Origin: Thermomicrobiaceae bacterium
Lineage (GTDB): Bacteria > Chloroflexota > Chloroflexia > Thermomicrobiales > Thermomicrobiaceae
Length of the DNA stretch: 64,000 nucleotides
Direction of reading: 5' to 3'
Assembly: GCA_014874455.1 (NCBI GenBank)
Contig: JADBJL010000026.1
Coordinates: 96-64,095, forward strand
Positions 18,905-28,662 of this stretch are shown here, piece by piece. A model generated the notes under the pieces. That model had not been told where the DNA came from, ran no database searches, and worked only from the letters and a program-made list of their open reading frames with translations. Positions within the stretch are counted from its first letter, which is position 1, and every line of letters begins with the position of its first letter. The translations under genes and the position numbers were made by a program.

Positions 18905-19276
18905 ATGATCGAGGGCGAGGAAGGCTGGGAGTTGCTAGGACGAGCCTCGACACTCACGCTGATCACGCGTGGCCGCCGGACGGGCCGGCCCCACCGGGTT
19001 CAGCTCTGGTTCGTCTACCGCGAGGGAGCCGTCTACCTGATGGCGCACGCCCGCGCGCACGGTCGGGGTACTGACTGGTACCGGAACGCGCGTGCGCATC
19101 CCACAGTGACGGTCGAAGCCGGCGGCCACCGGTGGATCGGGAGAGCCGAGCCGCTGCCCGAGGCGTTGCTCTCAGCGGTCACGCAGTGGTTCGCGGAAAA
19201 GTACGGTTCGGCCGCGGTGCGCGCCTGGTACGAAGGAACGCCGCGCCTGCCGATCCGGATCACATTCGATCGCTGA
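18905..19276 (+). CDS. Nitroreductase/deazaflavin-dependent oxidoreductase family (DUF385, Ddn-like)
   Basis: LITRGRRTGRPHRVQLWFVYREGAVYLMAH...GTDWYRNARAHPTVTVEAGG pattern. Confidence 0.7.
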   Translation: MIEGEEGWELLGRASTLTLITRGRRTGRPHRVQLWFVYREGAVYLMAHARAHGRGTDWYRNARAHPTVTVEAGGHRWIGRAEPLPEALLSAVTQWFAEKYGSAAVRAWYEGTPRLPIRITFDR

Positions 19277-19380
19277 CCAGCCGAGCTGACCGTGCTCTCC
19301 GACCAGAGTGCGACAGGCGAACCGGGAGCGGGGGCTATCCATCGCGAGCGGAGCCGCCTCCCGCTGGATCGAGTATGGGT

Positions 19381-19412
19381 GAGCAGGCCGGCCGATGATG
19401 ACCGGCCTGCTC
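19381..19412. terminator. Bidirectional stem-loop between convergent genes
   Basis: Perfect 11-bp stem GAGCAGGCCGG / CCGGCCTGCTC with a 10-nt loop. No U-tract. Confidence 0.5.
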
Positions 19413-19430
19413 ATCTGCTGCCAGAGGCTC

Positions 19431-20105
19431 CTAGGGCTGCCGCACTTCAGCCTCTACCTCGATATCGCCCGCGCGCTCGAAGTGGAGAACCAGGGTCAGT
19501 CGCTCGCCCGCCGGCAGGTCTCGCTTCAACCCGATGAGCATGATGTGGAGCCCACCAGGCTTCAGCTCTACCTGGCCGCCAGGCGGTATGTCGATCGCCT
19601 CGACAGGCTCCATTTTCATCGTCCCCCCTTCCATCTTGGACTGGTGCAGCTCCACCGTCTGCGCCGCCTCGCTCTCGGCACCGAGCAGGCGATCCGCCTG
19701 CTCCCCCTCGTTTCGGATGACCAGATAGACGGCGCTGGTGGACGTCCCGCCCATCTGCATCGCCGCTCTCGCCCATGGATCGACGATCCGGATGGTCTCC
19801 TCAGCTCCCTCCTTACCACTTGCCGGGGTCTCGGTGCCGGTCGGAGTCACCTGAGGTCGGTTCGCGGCGGGCGTCGGGGTGGGATGCGTCTGTTCCATCG
19901 GTGCCGTTGCACTGGGCTCGGCCGCTGCAGTCGGGGTGGAATGAACGTGTTCCGTCGGAGCGGTCGCAGTGGGCTCCGGCGTCGCTGTCGGCGTCGGCGA
20001 AGCCGCGGGCGTGCTCGCCCCGCCGCACGCAGCGAGCGCGAGCAGGATCACCAGAGCGAGCGCGACTATCGCCGTCGCCCGCACCATCGGGTGTCGTCGT
20101 GACAT
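19431..20105 (-). CDS. Copper chaperone PCu(A)C (DUF461) lipoprotein with a long Pro/Thr/Ala linker
   Basis: Lipobox LALAACGG. C-terminal domain IVDPWARA...AVYLVIRNEG...H(x)M...GGLHIMLIGL typical of PCuAC. Confidence 0.85.
   Translation of the reverse strand: MSRRHPMVRATAIVALALVILLALAACGGASTPAASPTPTATPEPTATAPTEHVHSTPTAAAEPSATAPMEQTHPTPTPAANRPQVTPTGTETPASGKEGAEETIRIVDPWARAAMQMGGTSTSAVYLVIRNEGEQADRLLGAESEAAQTVELHQSKMEGGTMKMEPVEAIDIPPGGQVELKPGGLHIMLIGLKRDLPAGERLTLVLHFERAGDIEVEAEVRQP
19873..19986 (-). repeat. Two tandem 57-bp (19-aa) repeats inside the PCuAC linker
   Basis: Units 19873-19929 and 19930-19986 align at roughly three quarters identity. They encode TAAAEPSATAPMEQTHPTP and TATPEPTATAPTEHVHSTP. 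Confidence 0.7.
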
Positions 20106-20150
20106 CGCTCGATCGCTCCCTCTCGTTCTCGCAGGCGTTCGTCTCTCGCC

Positions 20151-20774
20151 TCAGTCCTGCCGCAGCAGATACCGCACGTCTTGGGCAAGCTGCTCGGCGG
20201 TCAGGTCGTAGGGGGCTAGGATGCGCAGGCGGCCCTGGCGATCGACGATGAAGCTGGCTGTGGTGTGCTCGACCAGGTACCCAAGCGCCGAGTTCGACTC
20301 GTAGGTCGAGTAGTACACGCCGAATGCGGTCGCAACCTCCTGGATGGCCACCACGTCCCCGGTCAGTCCCAGGAAGTCTTCGCCGTACATCGCCAGGTAC
20401 TCCCGCAGCCGCTCGGCTGTATCCCGCTGGGGATCGACGGTCACCATCACGACCTGGACATCGGCGGCCTGCTCACCGAGCGCCGCCTTGACGCGAGCGA
20501 ACTTGCCCAGCGTCATGGGGCAGGCGTCCGGGCAGGTGGTGTATCCGAAATAGACCAGCACCACCTTGCCCTGGAAGTCCCGCAGGCTATGGAGCTGGCC
20601 GTCCGAGCCCTGCAGGGTGACGGCCGGCACTTCCCGCGGGCTGTCGAACGCCAGCCCGTTTACCGAACCGGCACCGGGCGCGCTTCGCCACCACCAGCCA
20701 GCGAAGCTGGCCAGCAACAGCGCGAGCGCGCCCACCCCAGCCACCAGGATGAGCTGTCGTCGTGAGAAACGCAT
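20151..20774 (-). CDS. SCO1/SenC family copper chaperone (thioredoxin fold)
   Basis: N-terminal TM helix, CPDAC (CxxxC) in VLVYFGYTTCPDACP, and the distal His in GYLVEHTTASFIVD. Confidence 0.9.
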   Translation of the reverse strand: MRFSRRQLILVAGVGALALLLASFAGWWWRSAPGAGSVNGLAFDSPREVPAVTLQGSDGQLHSLRDFQGKVVLVYFGYTTCPDACPMTLGKFARVKAALGEQAADVQVVMVTVDPQRDTAERLREYLAMYGEDFLGLTGDVVAIQEVATAFGVYYSTYESNSALGYLVEHTTASFIVDRQGRLRILAPYDLTAEQLAQDVRYLLRQD

Positions 20775-20783
20775 CGCAGGCCC

Positions 20784-21428
20784 TCACCGTACTCGGCAGG
20801 TAAAGAGGTGCAAGCCCTCGTACAGAAGTCGCTTCGCCCCGCGCGAGTTCGCGATCTCTTCCTGTAGCACGGCCAGGTCGGCCTTCAGCACGTCGCTCGC
20901 CGGCAGCGGCGCGCGGTACTCCGCCCGGACGATACCGGCCGGATCGACGAGCGCCAGCATCGGCTCGACCCGCGCTGTCCCGTCGGCTCCGGCCAGGAGC
21001 GGCACCCGAAAGCCCTGCCGAACCAGCCGGACAGCGGTCTCGTCGCCTCCGAGCACCTGCCAGTTCCCGCTCGACGACCGGGTCTCCGCAGCGATAGCCT
21101 GGATACCCTCGGGATCCGCTGGCTCGACGATGATCGTCACCAGTCGTACCGGCACAGGCCAGCCCTGCTCGGTCTCCGGCTCGAGCGCGCGCACGAGGTC
21201 GAGCGTCGCCGTGCACGACTCGTCGCACCGGGCACCGACGAACGAGTAGAGGACGACCGACCCGAGGAAGTCATCACCGGAGACCGGCCGGGCAGCCGGA
21301 TCGGTGAGCTGATAGCTCGGGGCCAGATCGAGTCGGGGCAGCGCTCGCACCGGTTCCGCTGCGAAGACGACGAACACCCCGAGGAGGAACAGCAGCGGCG
21401 GCCCAGCGAGGAGCAACCTCCAATACAT
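20784..21428 (-). CDS. SCO-like paralog (CxxxC retained, distal His not evident)
   Basis: TM helix and VVLYSFVGARCDESCTATL. The position equivalent to the SCO His reads ARVEPMLALVDPAG. Confidence 0.6.
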   Translation of the reverse strand: MYWRLLLAGPPLLFLLGVFVVFAAEPVRALPRLDLAPSYQLTDPAARPVSGDDFLGSVVLYSFVGARCDESCTATLDLVRALEPETEQGWPVPVRLVTIIVEPADPEGIQAIAAETRSSSGNWQVLGGDETAVRLVRQGFRVPLLAGADGTARVEPMLALVDPAGIVRAEYRAPLPASDVLKADLAVLQEEIANSRGAKRLLYEGLHLFTCRVR

Positions 21429-21499
21429 TTGTGACCCCCTTGTCCAGGCCGGAATGGCAGACCGTCGGTCTTCTGCTCAGGTCGCGCCGCCGTTAGGCG

Positions 21500-21916
21500 C
21501 TACGCGACCGCCAGCCTGGGTGGGGGTGTGGCAGGGGCGACCAGAGAGCTGCGCAGGCGCCGTCCGCAAGACCATGGCGGCGCCGGCCGGTCGAACGCGA
21601 GGAGTTCGATCATCGTCACCAAGATGGCGAGGCCACTTCCCCAGGACAGCACCACCGGCCAGCTCCGCACGGTCTCGATGTCCCGACCGATGTCCGAAGG
21701 GCTTTGATGCTGGTGGGCGTGTCCACCGGCGTCGTGTGTGCTACCGTGCGCGTGCGTGTGTCCGGGGATCTCGAACAGGGCATGGGCGTGCGGCACATCG
21801 GCACCGCAGCGACAGAACGACGGGATCGCCAGCAACCCGACAACCAGTAGCCAGGCCGGGAGGCTAGCCAGCATCACCGCCAGGAGCCGCTGTTGCGAGA
21901 CGAGCGTAGGGCCCAT
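21500..21916 (-). CDS. Small His-rich membrane protein
   Basis: 138-aa ORF with two hydrophobic helices flanking CRCGADVPHAHALFEIPGHTHAHGSTHDAGGHAHQHQ. It lies in the same orientation inside the copper cluster. Confidence 0.5.
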   Translation of the reverse strand: MGPTLVSQQRLLAVMLASLPAWLLVVGLLAIPSFCRCGADVPHAHALFEIPGHTHAHGSTHDAGGHAHQHQSPSDIGRDIETVRSWPVVLSWGSGLAILVTMIELLAFDRPAPPWSCGRRLRSSLVAPATPPPRLAVA

Positions 21917-22092
21917 GACCTCGCTCCGCTGGGGCTCTGTCGGAGTTCACCACCCCAGCTTCGGAGTCAATCCTAATCTACTCGCGAGATCGCTCACAAG
22001 CAGGAGCCGTGTCCCTATCTCGATCCAAGCGCTGAGATCCCTCTCAGCAGGCGCTCCCTCGGAGTTGCCGGAAGCCTGCGCTGGGCGGTCGA

Positions 22093-23301
22093 TCAGGCAG
22101 CGACCGCGAGCGACGTCACGTACATGAGCGCCATCCCGGCCGTGACCCCGGCGAGCGCCGTCCAATCCAGCAGGGCGCCGCGGCTCCGCTGGCCGTCTGC
22201 GAGCAACCGCGCGACTTCGACCACAACTTGTGCAATCGCGCCCGCACCGATCGCGAGGAAGACCGTCGCCCAGAGCGGCGAGTAGACGAAACTCCCGATC
22301 CAGACACCGAGAATGGCCGGGGCCCCGGCCAGCAGCGCGAGCCCGATGAAGTGCCGAAACGCCGGGCGAACTCGCAGGATCGGCGCGGCGATGCCGACAC
22401 CCTCGGTCACGTTGTGCAGCGTGAAGCCGGCGATCAGGAAGACACCGAGAGCGATCTCGCCTAGGGCGATGGCGGCGCCGATCGCCAGCCCCTCTCCCAG
22501 GTTGTGCAGCCCGATCCCGAACGCAATGCGGTAGGCGACATCCAGCCCACGCCGTGGCGTTTCGGGGTTCCTGCCGGAAACGGCCTGCAGAAACAGGAAG
22601 GACAACAGCGCGACCAGCGGTACCAGCAGGGATCCGCTCAGCACCCCCGGCGTCGTCGCAGCGACTTCCAGCGCCTCCTCGACTGTATCCACGATCAGGA
22701 AGAGGAGCAGGCCGGCGGTCAGCGCCAGGACGAAGCGCAAGCCTCGGCGACCGAGACCACGAAGGAAGGGGTACCAGAGCAGCCCGAGCCCCACCGGGAC
22801 GACACCGACATAGAAGCCGATAGCCGCAAAACGAAGCAGCGTGGCGTGGTCAGGAGCTGGCGACAGCATCGCGACCGGTACCTCGGCCTCGAAAGTGGCG
22901 CCCGTCGTCGAAATCAAGGAGATCACGTGGGCCTCGCCAGCGACCCAGGGATAGGGAATGGTGATGGTCGCCGCCTGCAGGCGATCGAGGGTCGGGCCGG
23001 GCTCGATGTGAAAGGACCAGTAGGCATCGTCCACGAGCACCTGGGCGATCGTGACCGGCTCAGGGCCATCGTTGACCACCTCGAGCGCGATCAGGTTCGG
23101 CTCCGGCAAGCGCACTCGCTGAATGCTCAGCTTTTCGACCGGTGGCGCCGAGCGATCACCGAGCCCGCCGCCAGTGGCGAAGATGGCAATCATCACTGCG
23201 CCCAACAGCCCTAGCGGTAACACACCGAGCGCGATTCGCCTCACGGTCCAGGCAGGGGTGGATCTGGGCAATGCGCCGTCGGAGAGCGTGGTCTCAGACA
23301 T
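22093..23301 (-). CDS. ZIP family metal transporter with an about 150-aa N-terminal extension
   Basis: C-terminal half has GLHNLGEGLAIG and HNVTEGVGIA motifs (ZIP TM4/TM5 metal site). The N-terminus has one TM helix followed by a beta-rich soluble segment. Confidence 0.85.
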   Translation of the reverse strand: MSETTLSDGALPRSTPAWTVRRIALGVLPLGLLGAVMIAIFATGGGLGDRSAPPVEKLSIQRVRLPEPNLIALEVVNDGPEPVTIAQVLVDDAYWSFHIEPGPTLDRLQAATITIPYPWVAGEAHVISLISTTGATFEAEVPVAMLSPAPDHATLLRFAAIGFYVGVVPVGLGLLWYPFLRGLGRRGLRFVLALTAGLLLFLIVDTVEEALEVAATTPGVLSGSLLVPLVALLSFLFLQAVSGRNPETPRRGLDVAYRIAFGIGLHNLGEGLAIGAAIALGEIALGVFLIAGFTLHNVTEGVGIAAPILRVRPAFRHFIGLALLAGAPAILGVWIGSFVYSPLWATVFLAIGAGAIAQVVVEVARLLADGQRSRGALLDWTALAGVTAGMALMYVTSLAVAA

Positions 23302-23318
23302 CCAGCACCCCTCTCAGC

Positions 23319-24443
23319 CTACGAGTCGACGACCTCGAAGACGCCCATCCAGCCCAGCTCGACGAACTCGCTCTGGTGAGCATGGAACATGTAGAGCCCG
23401 GGCTCGAAGCCAGCGAAGGAGATTTCCAGGATGCCGCGCTGCCCCTGGCACTGCGTAATGGTGTCCACCGTCCGGAGCGTCGGTTCGAGCGTGGTACCGT
23501 GGTCGTAGTAGTCGAAGAAGTTCCCGTGCAGGTGGAACGAGTTGAGGGGATCGAACTCCGTGATGTTGATCAAGTAGATCCGGATCGGCCGATCGCGCTC
23601 GACCCGAACCGGATGCTTCATGTAGTGGAACGCGACCGTGTTGACGGCGTAGACCTCGTTTTCGCCATCGAAGTTGGTGTCGAACGCATTCATGATCATG
23701 ACGTACTCCTGCCACTCCCTCGACTCGGGGTAGTCGGGATGACGCGAACGAGCCCGCTCGCCGTGCCGCCGAGGGTCGGGGTCGATGATGAACGCCCCGT
23801 AGAGCCCCTTGTGGATGTGACGCTTGAGGGGGATCGCGTGGCAATGGTAGAGGTGACAGCCGTAGGGATAAGCGTCGAATTCGTAGACGAAGCTCTCACC
23901 TGGATCGATCGCACCGCGCCCGATTCCGGCTACTCCATCCATGTAGGCGGAGTGGATGCCGTGAAAGTGGATCGTGTGCGGGTGCGTCCCGGCGTTCGTG
24001 AAATGGACGCGTATCCGCTCACCTTCGGTGCAACGGAGCGTCGGGCCCGGCACCTGGCCGTTGTAGGTCCAGGCCGGGAAGAAGACGCCCGGAGCAATTT
24101 CGATCTCCTTGTCGCCAGCGACGATGCGGTACTCGCGAAGCGTCCGGCCATCAGGCAGCCAGCTCACGTGCCCGTAGTCGAAGGCCGTCAGGAACGCCGA
24201 CGGATCGAAACCCATGGCGACCGTGTCGACGTCGCCAACGGTCATCATGGCCGTGGTAGCGTGGCTGCTATCGTGGCCGGCCTGCTGGGACGGTGTTCCA
24301 TCCGTACCGGAATGTGGAGCCAGGGGCCCCGCTCCGCTTCGCCCCGACAGCAGCGTCGCCAGAGTCCCCGCCACACCAGTGAGTGCGGCGCCTGCGGTTC
24401 CAGCGCGAAGGAGTGAGCGCCGGGAGAGCCTCCAGCCGTTCAT
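23319..24443 (-). CDS. Tat-exported two-domain multicopper oxidase
   Basis: Twin-arginine signal SRRSLLRAG. Copper motifs HTIHFHGIH, HLYHCHAIP, FHLHGNFF and FHAHQSE. 374 aa, so two cupredoxin domains. Confidence 0.85.
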   Translation of the reverse strand: MNGWRLSRRSLLRAGTAGAALTGVAGTLATLLSGRSGAGPLAPHSGTDGTPSQQAGHDSSHATTAMMTVGDVDTVAMGFDPSAFLTAFDYGHVSWLPDGRTLREYRIVAGDKEIEIAPGVFFPAWTYNGQVPGPTLRCTEGERIRVHFTNAGTHPHTIHFHGIHSAYMDGVAGIGRGAIDPGESFVYEFDAYPYGCHLYHCHAIPLKRHIHKGLYGAFIIDPDPRRHGERARSRHPDYPESREWQEYVMIMNAFDTNFDGENEVYAVNTVAFHYMKHPVRVERDRPIRIYLINITEFDPLNSFHLHGNFFDYYDHGTTLEPTLRTVDTITQCQGQRGILEISFAGFEPGLYMFHAHQSEFVELGWMGVFEVVDS

Positions 24444-24469
24444 GCTTCCTCCTCGGGAATAGGCGACGA

Positions 24470-24545
24470 GGGGATTCTATTGAGCTAGAGGATAATACAG
24501 ATGACGTTAAAAGTCAAATTTACTGACACTAAAGTTTCGCGCAGG
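24470..24545 (-). promoter_or_regulatory. AT-rich promoter/operator region upstream of the copper operon
   Basis: On the minus strand, TTGACT and TATTAT hexamers (short spacer). On the + strand, TGAC (24502), GTCA (24513) and TGAC (24524) are phased at 11 bp. GAGGAGGAAGC ribosome-binding site lies before ATG 24443. Confidence 0.35.
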
Positions 24546-24777
24546 GCCGTGCGCGGCGCCGCTCCCCCTGGCACTGCTCAGCAGCGATGAAGTATCACCA
24601 ACTGGCCCCGTGTCGCTCTCACCGAGGGTGGCCTCGGCGCGGGCGTAGCCGACCGGAGGCACCGCAGCATAGGGAGATATGGTTGCGAGAGGCGCTCACC
24701 CGGTCGTTGCCGACGCGCCCGAGGGCCGAAGAGCAGCGGCTTGCGGCGAGCAAGGAAGCTACTCTCGCGGGAACGTC

Positions 24778-25692
24778 TTATCCTGTCTTCGAGGTCGAAC
24801 TCGCGTTCGGCCAGGGGCCCTCGAGCCGGAGTTGCTGGCGGCGCCGGGCCCGCTCTCGCTCCAGAACGAGGCCGGCTGCGGGGTCGGCGGCGATCGCCTC
24901 CAGCAGCTCGCGCTGCTCCTCGAAGCGCATCAGTACGGTCAGGACATCGATCAGGTCGATCAGCGCCTTGACGCTCGGGAGCCTCACCTGAAGCGAGCCG
25001 TCTTCGAGCGACACACCCGGGATCCTGGCAGCCAGTTCGGTCGCGCACCGGAGTCGCACCCGGGCCTCGACCGGCCGGGCCGGGCGATAGACCCACCACC
25101 GGTCAGGGCGTCCCAGCACCCGCCCGACCATCTCCCGCAGGGCTCGATGTGCCTGCTCGACCGGCAGCGCCGCGGCCCGATCCCAGGCGACCGCCTGCTT
25201 CACTGTCAGGGTAGGGGTCTGGTCAAGCCAGGTCTCGGCTTCCAGCGACGTCGCCCGGTCGCCAGTGACGAGGCCGACCGGAATCCCGTGCTCGCCCGCC
25301 CAGCGACTCAGGAGTGCCAGCTCACCAGCGGGACGCCCCTCGAGCGTCAAGGCGAGCCCGCCGGTCATGGTGTGGCTCAAGAACGCGTGCTCGGTTCCGG
25401 CCATGGCGTGGAAGCCGCTGAGGATCGCCACGTCGTAGCCCCGAGTCAAGTCTTCCGGGACGATGACGACACGGCGATGGAGCAACTCTGGACGGAGATT
25501 GCCACCCCCACCGTGCCAGTCGATCACCGAGACCGAGCTCGCTCCCGCCTCGAAAGCGGCCTCGGCCAGCGCGTTCACCTCGGCGGCCAGCAGCCGCAGC
25601 CCCTCGGCATAGGCGGGGTGACTGCGGACGGTCATCTCGTAGGTCTCGATCCCGCTGACGCCCTCCATATCGGCGATGATCACGACATGCAC
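24778..25692 (-). CDS. M55 family metallopeptidase (DppA D-aminopeptidase-like)
   Basis: N-terminus (V)HVVIIADMEGVSGI matches the DppA signature. GTG 25692 is preceded by GGAAGGGAG; the track ORF starts further upstream at 25803. Confidence 0.75.
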   Translation of the reverse strand: MHVVIIADMEGVSGIETYEMTVRSHPAYAEGLRLLAAEVNALAEAAFEAGASSVSVIDWHGGGGNLRPELLHRRVVIVPEDLTRGYDVAILSGFHAMAGTEHAFLSHTMTGGLALTLEGRPAGELALLSRWAGEHGIPVGLVTGDRATSLEAETWLDQTPTLTVKQAVAWDRAAALPVEQAHRALREMVGRVLGRPDRWWVYRPARPVEARVRLRCATELAARIPGVSLEDGSLQVRLPSVKALIDLIDVLTVLMRFEEQRELLEAIAADPAAGLVLERERARRRQQLRLEGPWPNASSTSKTG

Positions 25693-25994
25693 GACGGCTG
25701 GTCTCCCTTCCGTTGCTCGCCTAGCATACCAGCCTGGGCGGACACGAGAGGTGGCAGCCGGCGACGAGGGGCGGCAGACTCGCAGCCCGTCGCTACTCGA
25801 CATAACGTTGCTCTGATGCTCTTACAGGTGTCACAAGCGAGGGAATCGCTTCCCATCGCCTCGTTCAGGGCGCGCTCGAAACTCGACCTCGCGCGAGGGC
25901 AAGTCGCGCAGCCGCCAGCACCGCCCATCTCAGGGCGCGATCGCAACCGGTGATGCCCTCCTGGACTAGAGCGGGCGCACTCTGCCGATCGCTT

Positions 25995-26043
25995 CGTGAT
26001 CGACGCTTCTGGTTGCCGATCACGATCAGCGTTGCTGATCGTG
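25995..26043. promoter_or_regulatory. Two overlapping, mutually exclusive perfect hairpins in a GATC-dense patch
   Basis: H1: CGTGATCG (25995-26002) pairs with CGATCACG (26017-26024). H2: CACGATCAGC (26021-26030) pairs with GCTGATCGTG (26034-26043). Five GATC sites lie between 25987 and 26040. Confidence 0.4.
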
Positions 26044-26687
26044 CAGCCACTTGCAATATAGCTGCCACTTGTAGTACCGTAGTCCCGGATCTCGACAGAC
26101 GGTGACTACGGGTGAATCCAACTCGGCCCGTCCTCCGTTATAGAGAGTGTAAGACCCGCACGTTCCATTCCAGTTTGGCTCCGCTCGAGCCATACCCCGG
26201 TCGGGAATCCGCGGTTCCCGCCTCGCGCGGCGTTTGGATCCCGCGCGAGAGTGGCTACTGGTGCACCGCCAGCCGGGGGGCTGGGCGAGAGGGGGTGGCA
26301 GCATACAGTTAGCGCGACATGCAGATGTTCTGGACAGCGGCCGCGCCCGAACGCGGCACGCCGACAAATCGATGTTCTGACGCGTATTCGGACGAGCGGG
26401 CAACGGCAACTGATATGCAACGGTGATTGTGCCCGCCGGCTCCTTGACTCCGGCGGGAGATCTTCCAGCTTTACAAGCTAGCGTCGAAACGCAGGCTCCT
26501 GGCCTGTATCGGTCTGGCGTTGTCAAAGCGGCCCCGAGCGCGCCTTTCTCGGGGCTCATGAGGCGATCGTTCGGAGGAGCAGTCGATGACGTCGAATGGT
26601 CGACGAATCATCGCGGCAACAGGGCACGAGGGCATGAGCGCCGAGCGAGCGGGCAAGCAGCACGTGCCCACAGAGAGAGGATCAGTG

Positions 26688-28625
<1,938 letters not shown>

Positions 28626-28662
28626 CGTGGGGCTGAGCGACGCGTGCGAGGGTGGTGCAGCC

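Noticed and set aside
23142-24416. 424-aa + strand ORF
   Set aside because: Antisense to the multicopper oxidase, whose copper-ligand motifs and Tat signal are on the minus strand.
24679-25953. 424-aa + strand ORF
   Set aside because: Antisense to the M55 peptidase (ADMEGVSG signature on the minus strand).
26026-26559. 177-aa minus-strand ORF in the prkA upstream region
   Set aside because: There is no ribosome-binding site. The sequence is Arg/Pro/Cys-rich and non-protein-like, and it spans the hairpin-rich DNA. I treated the region as non-coding.
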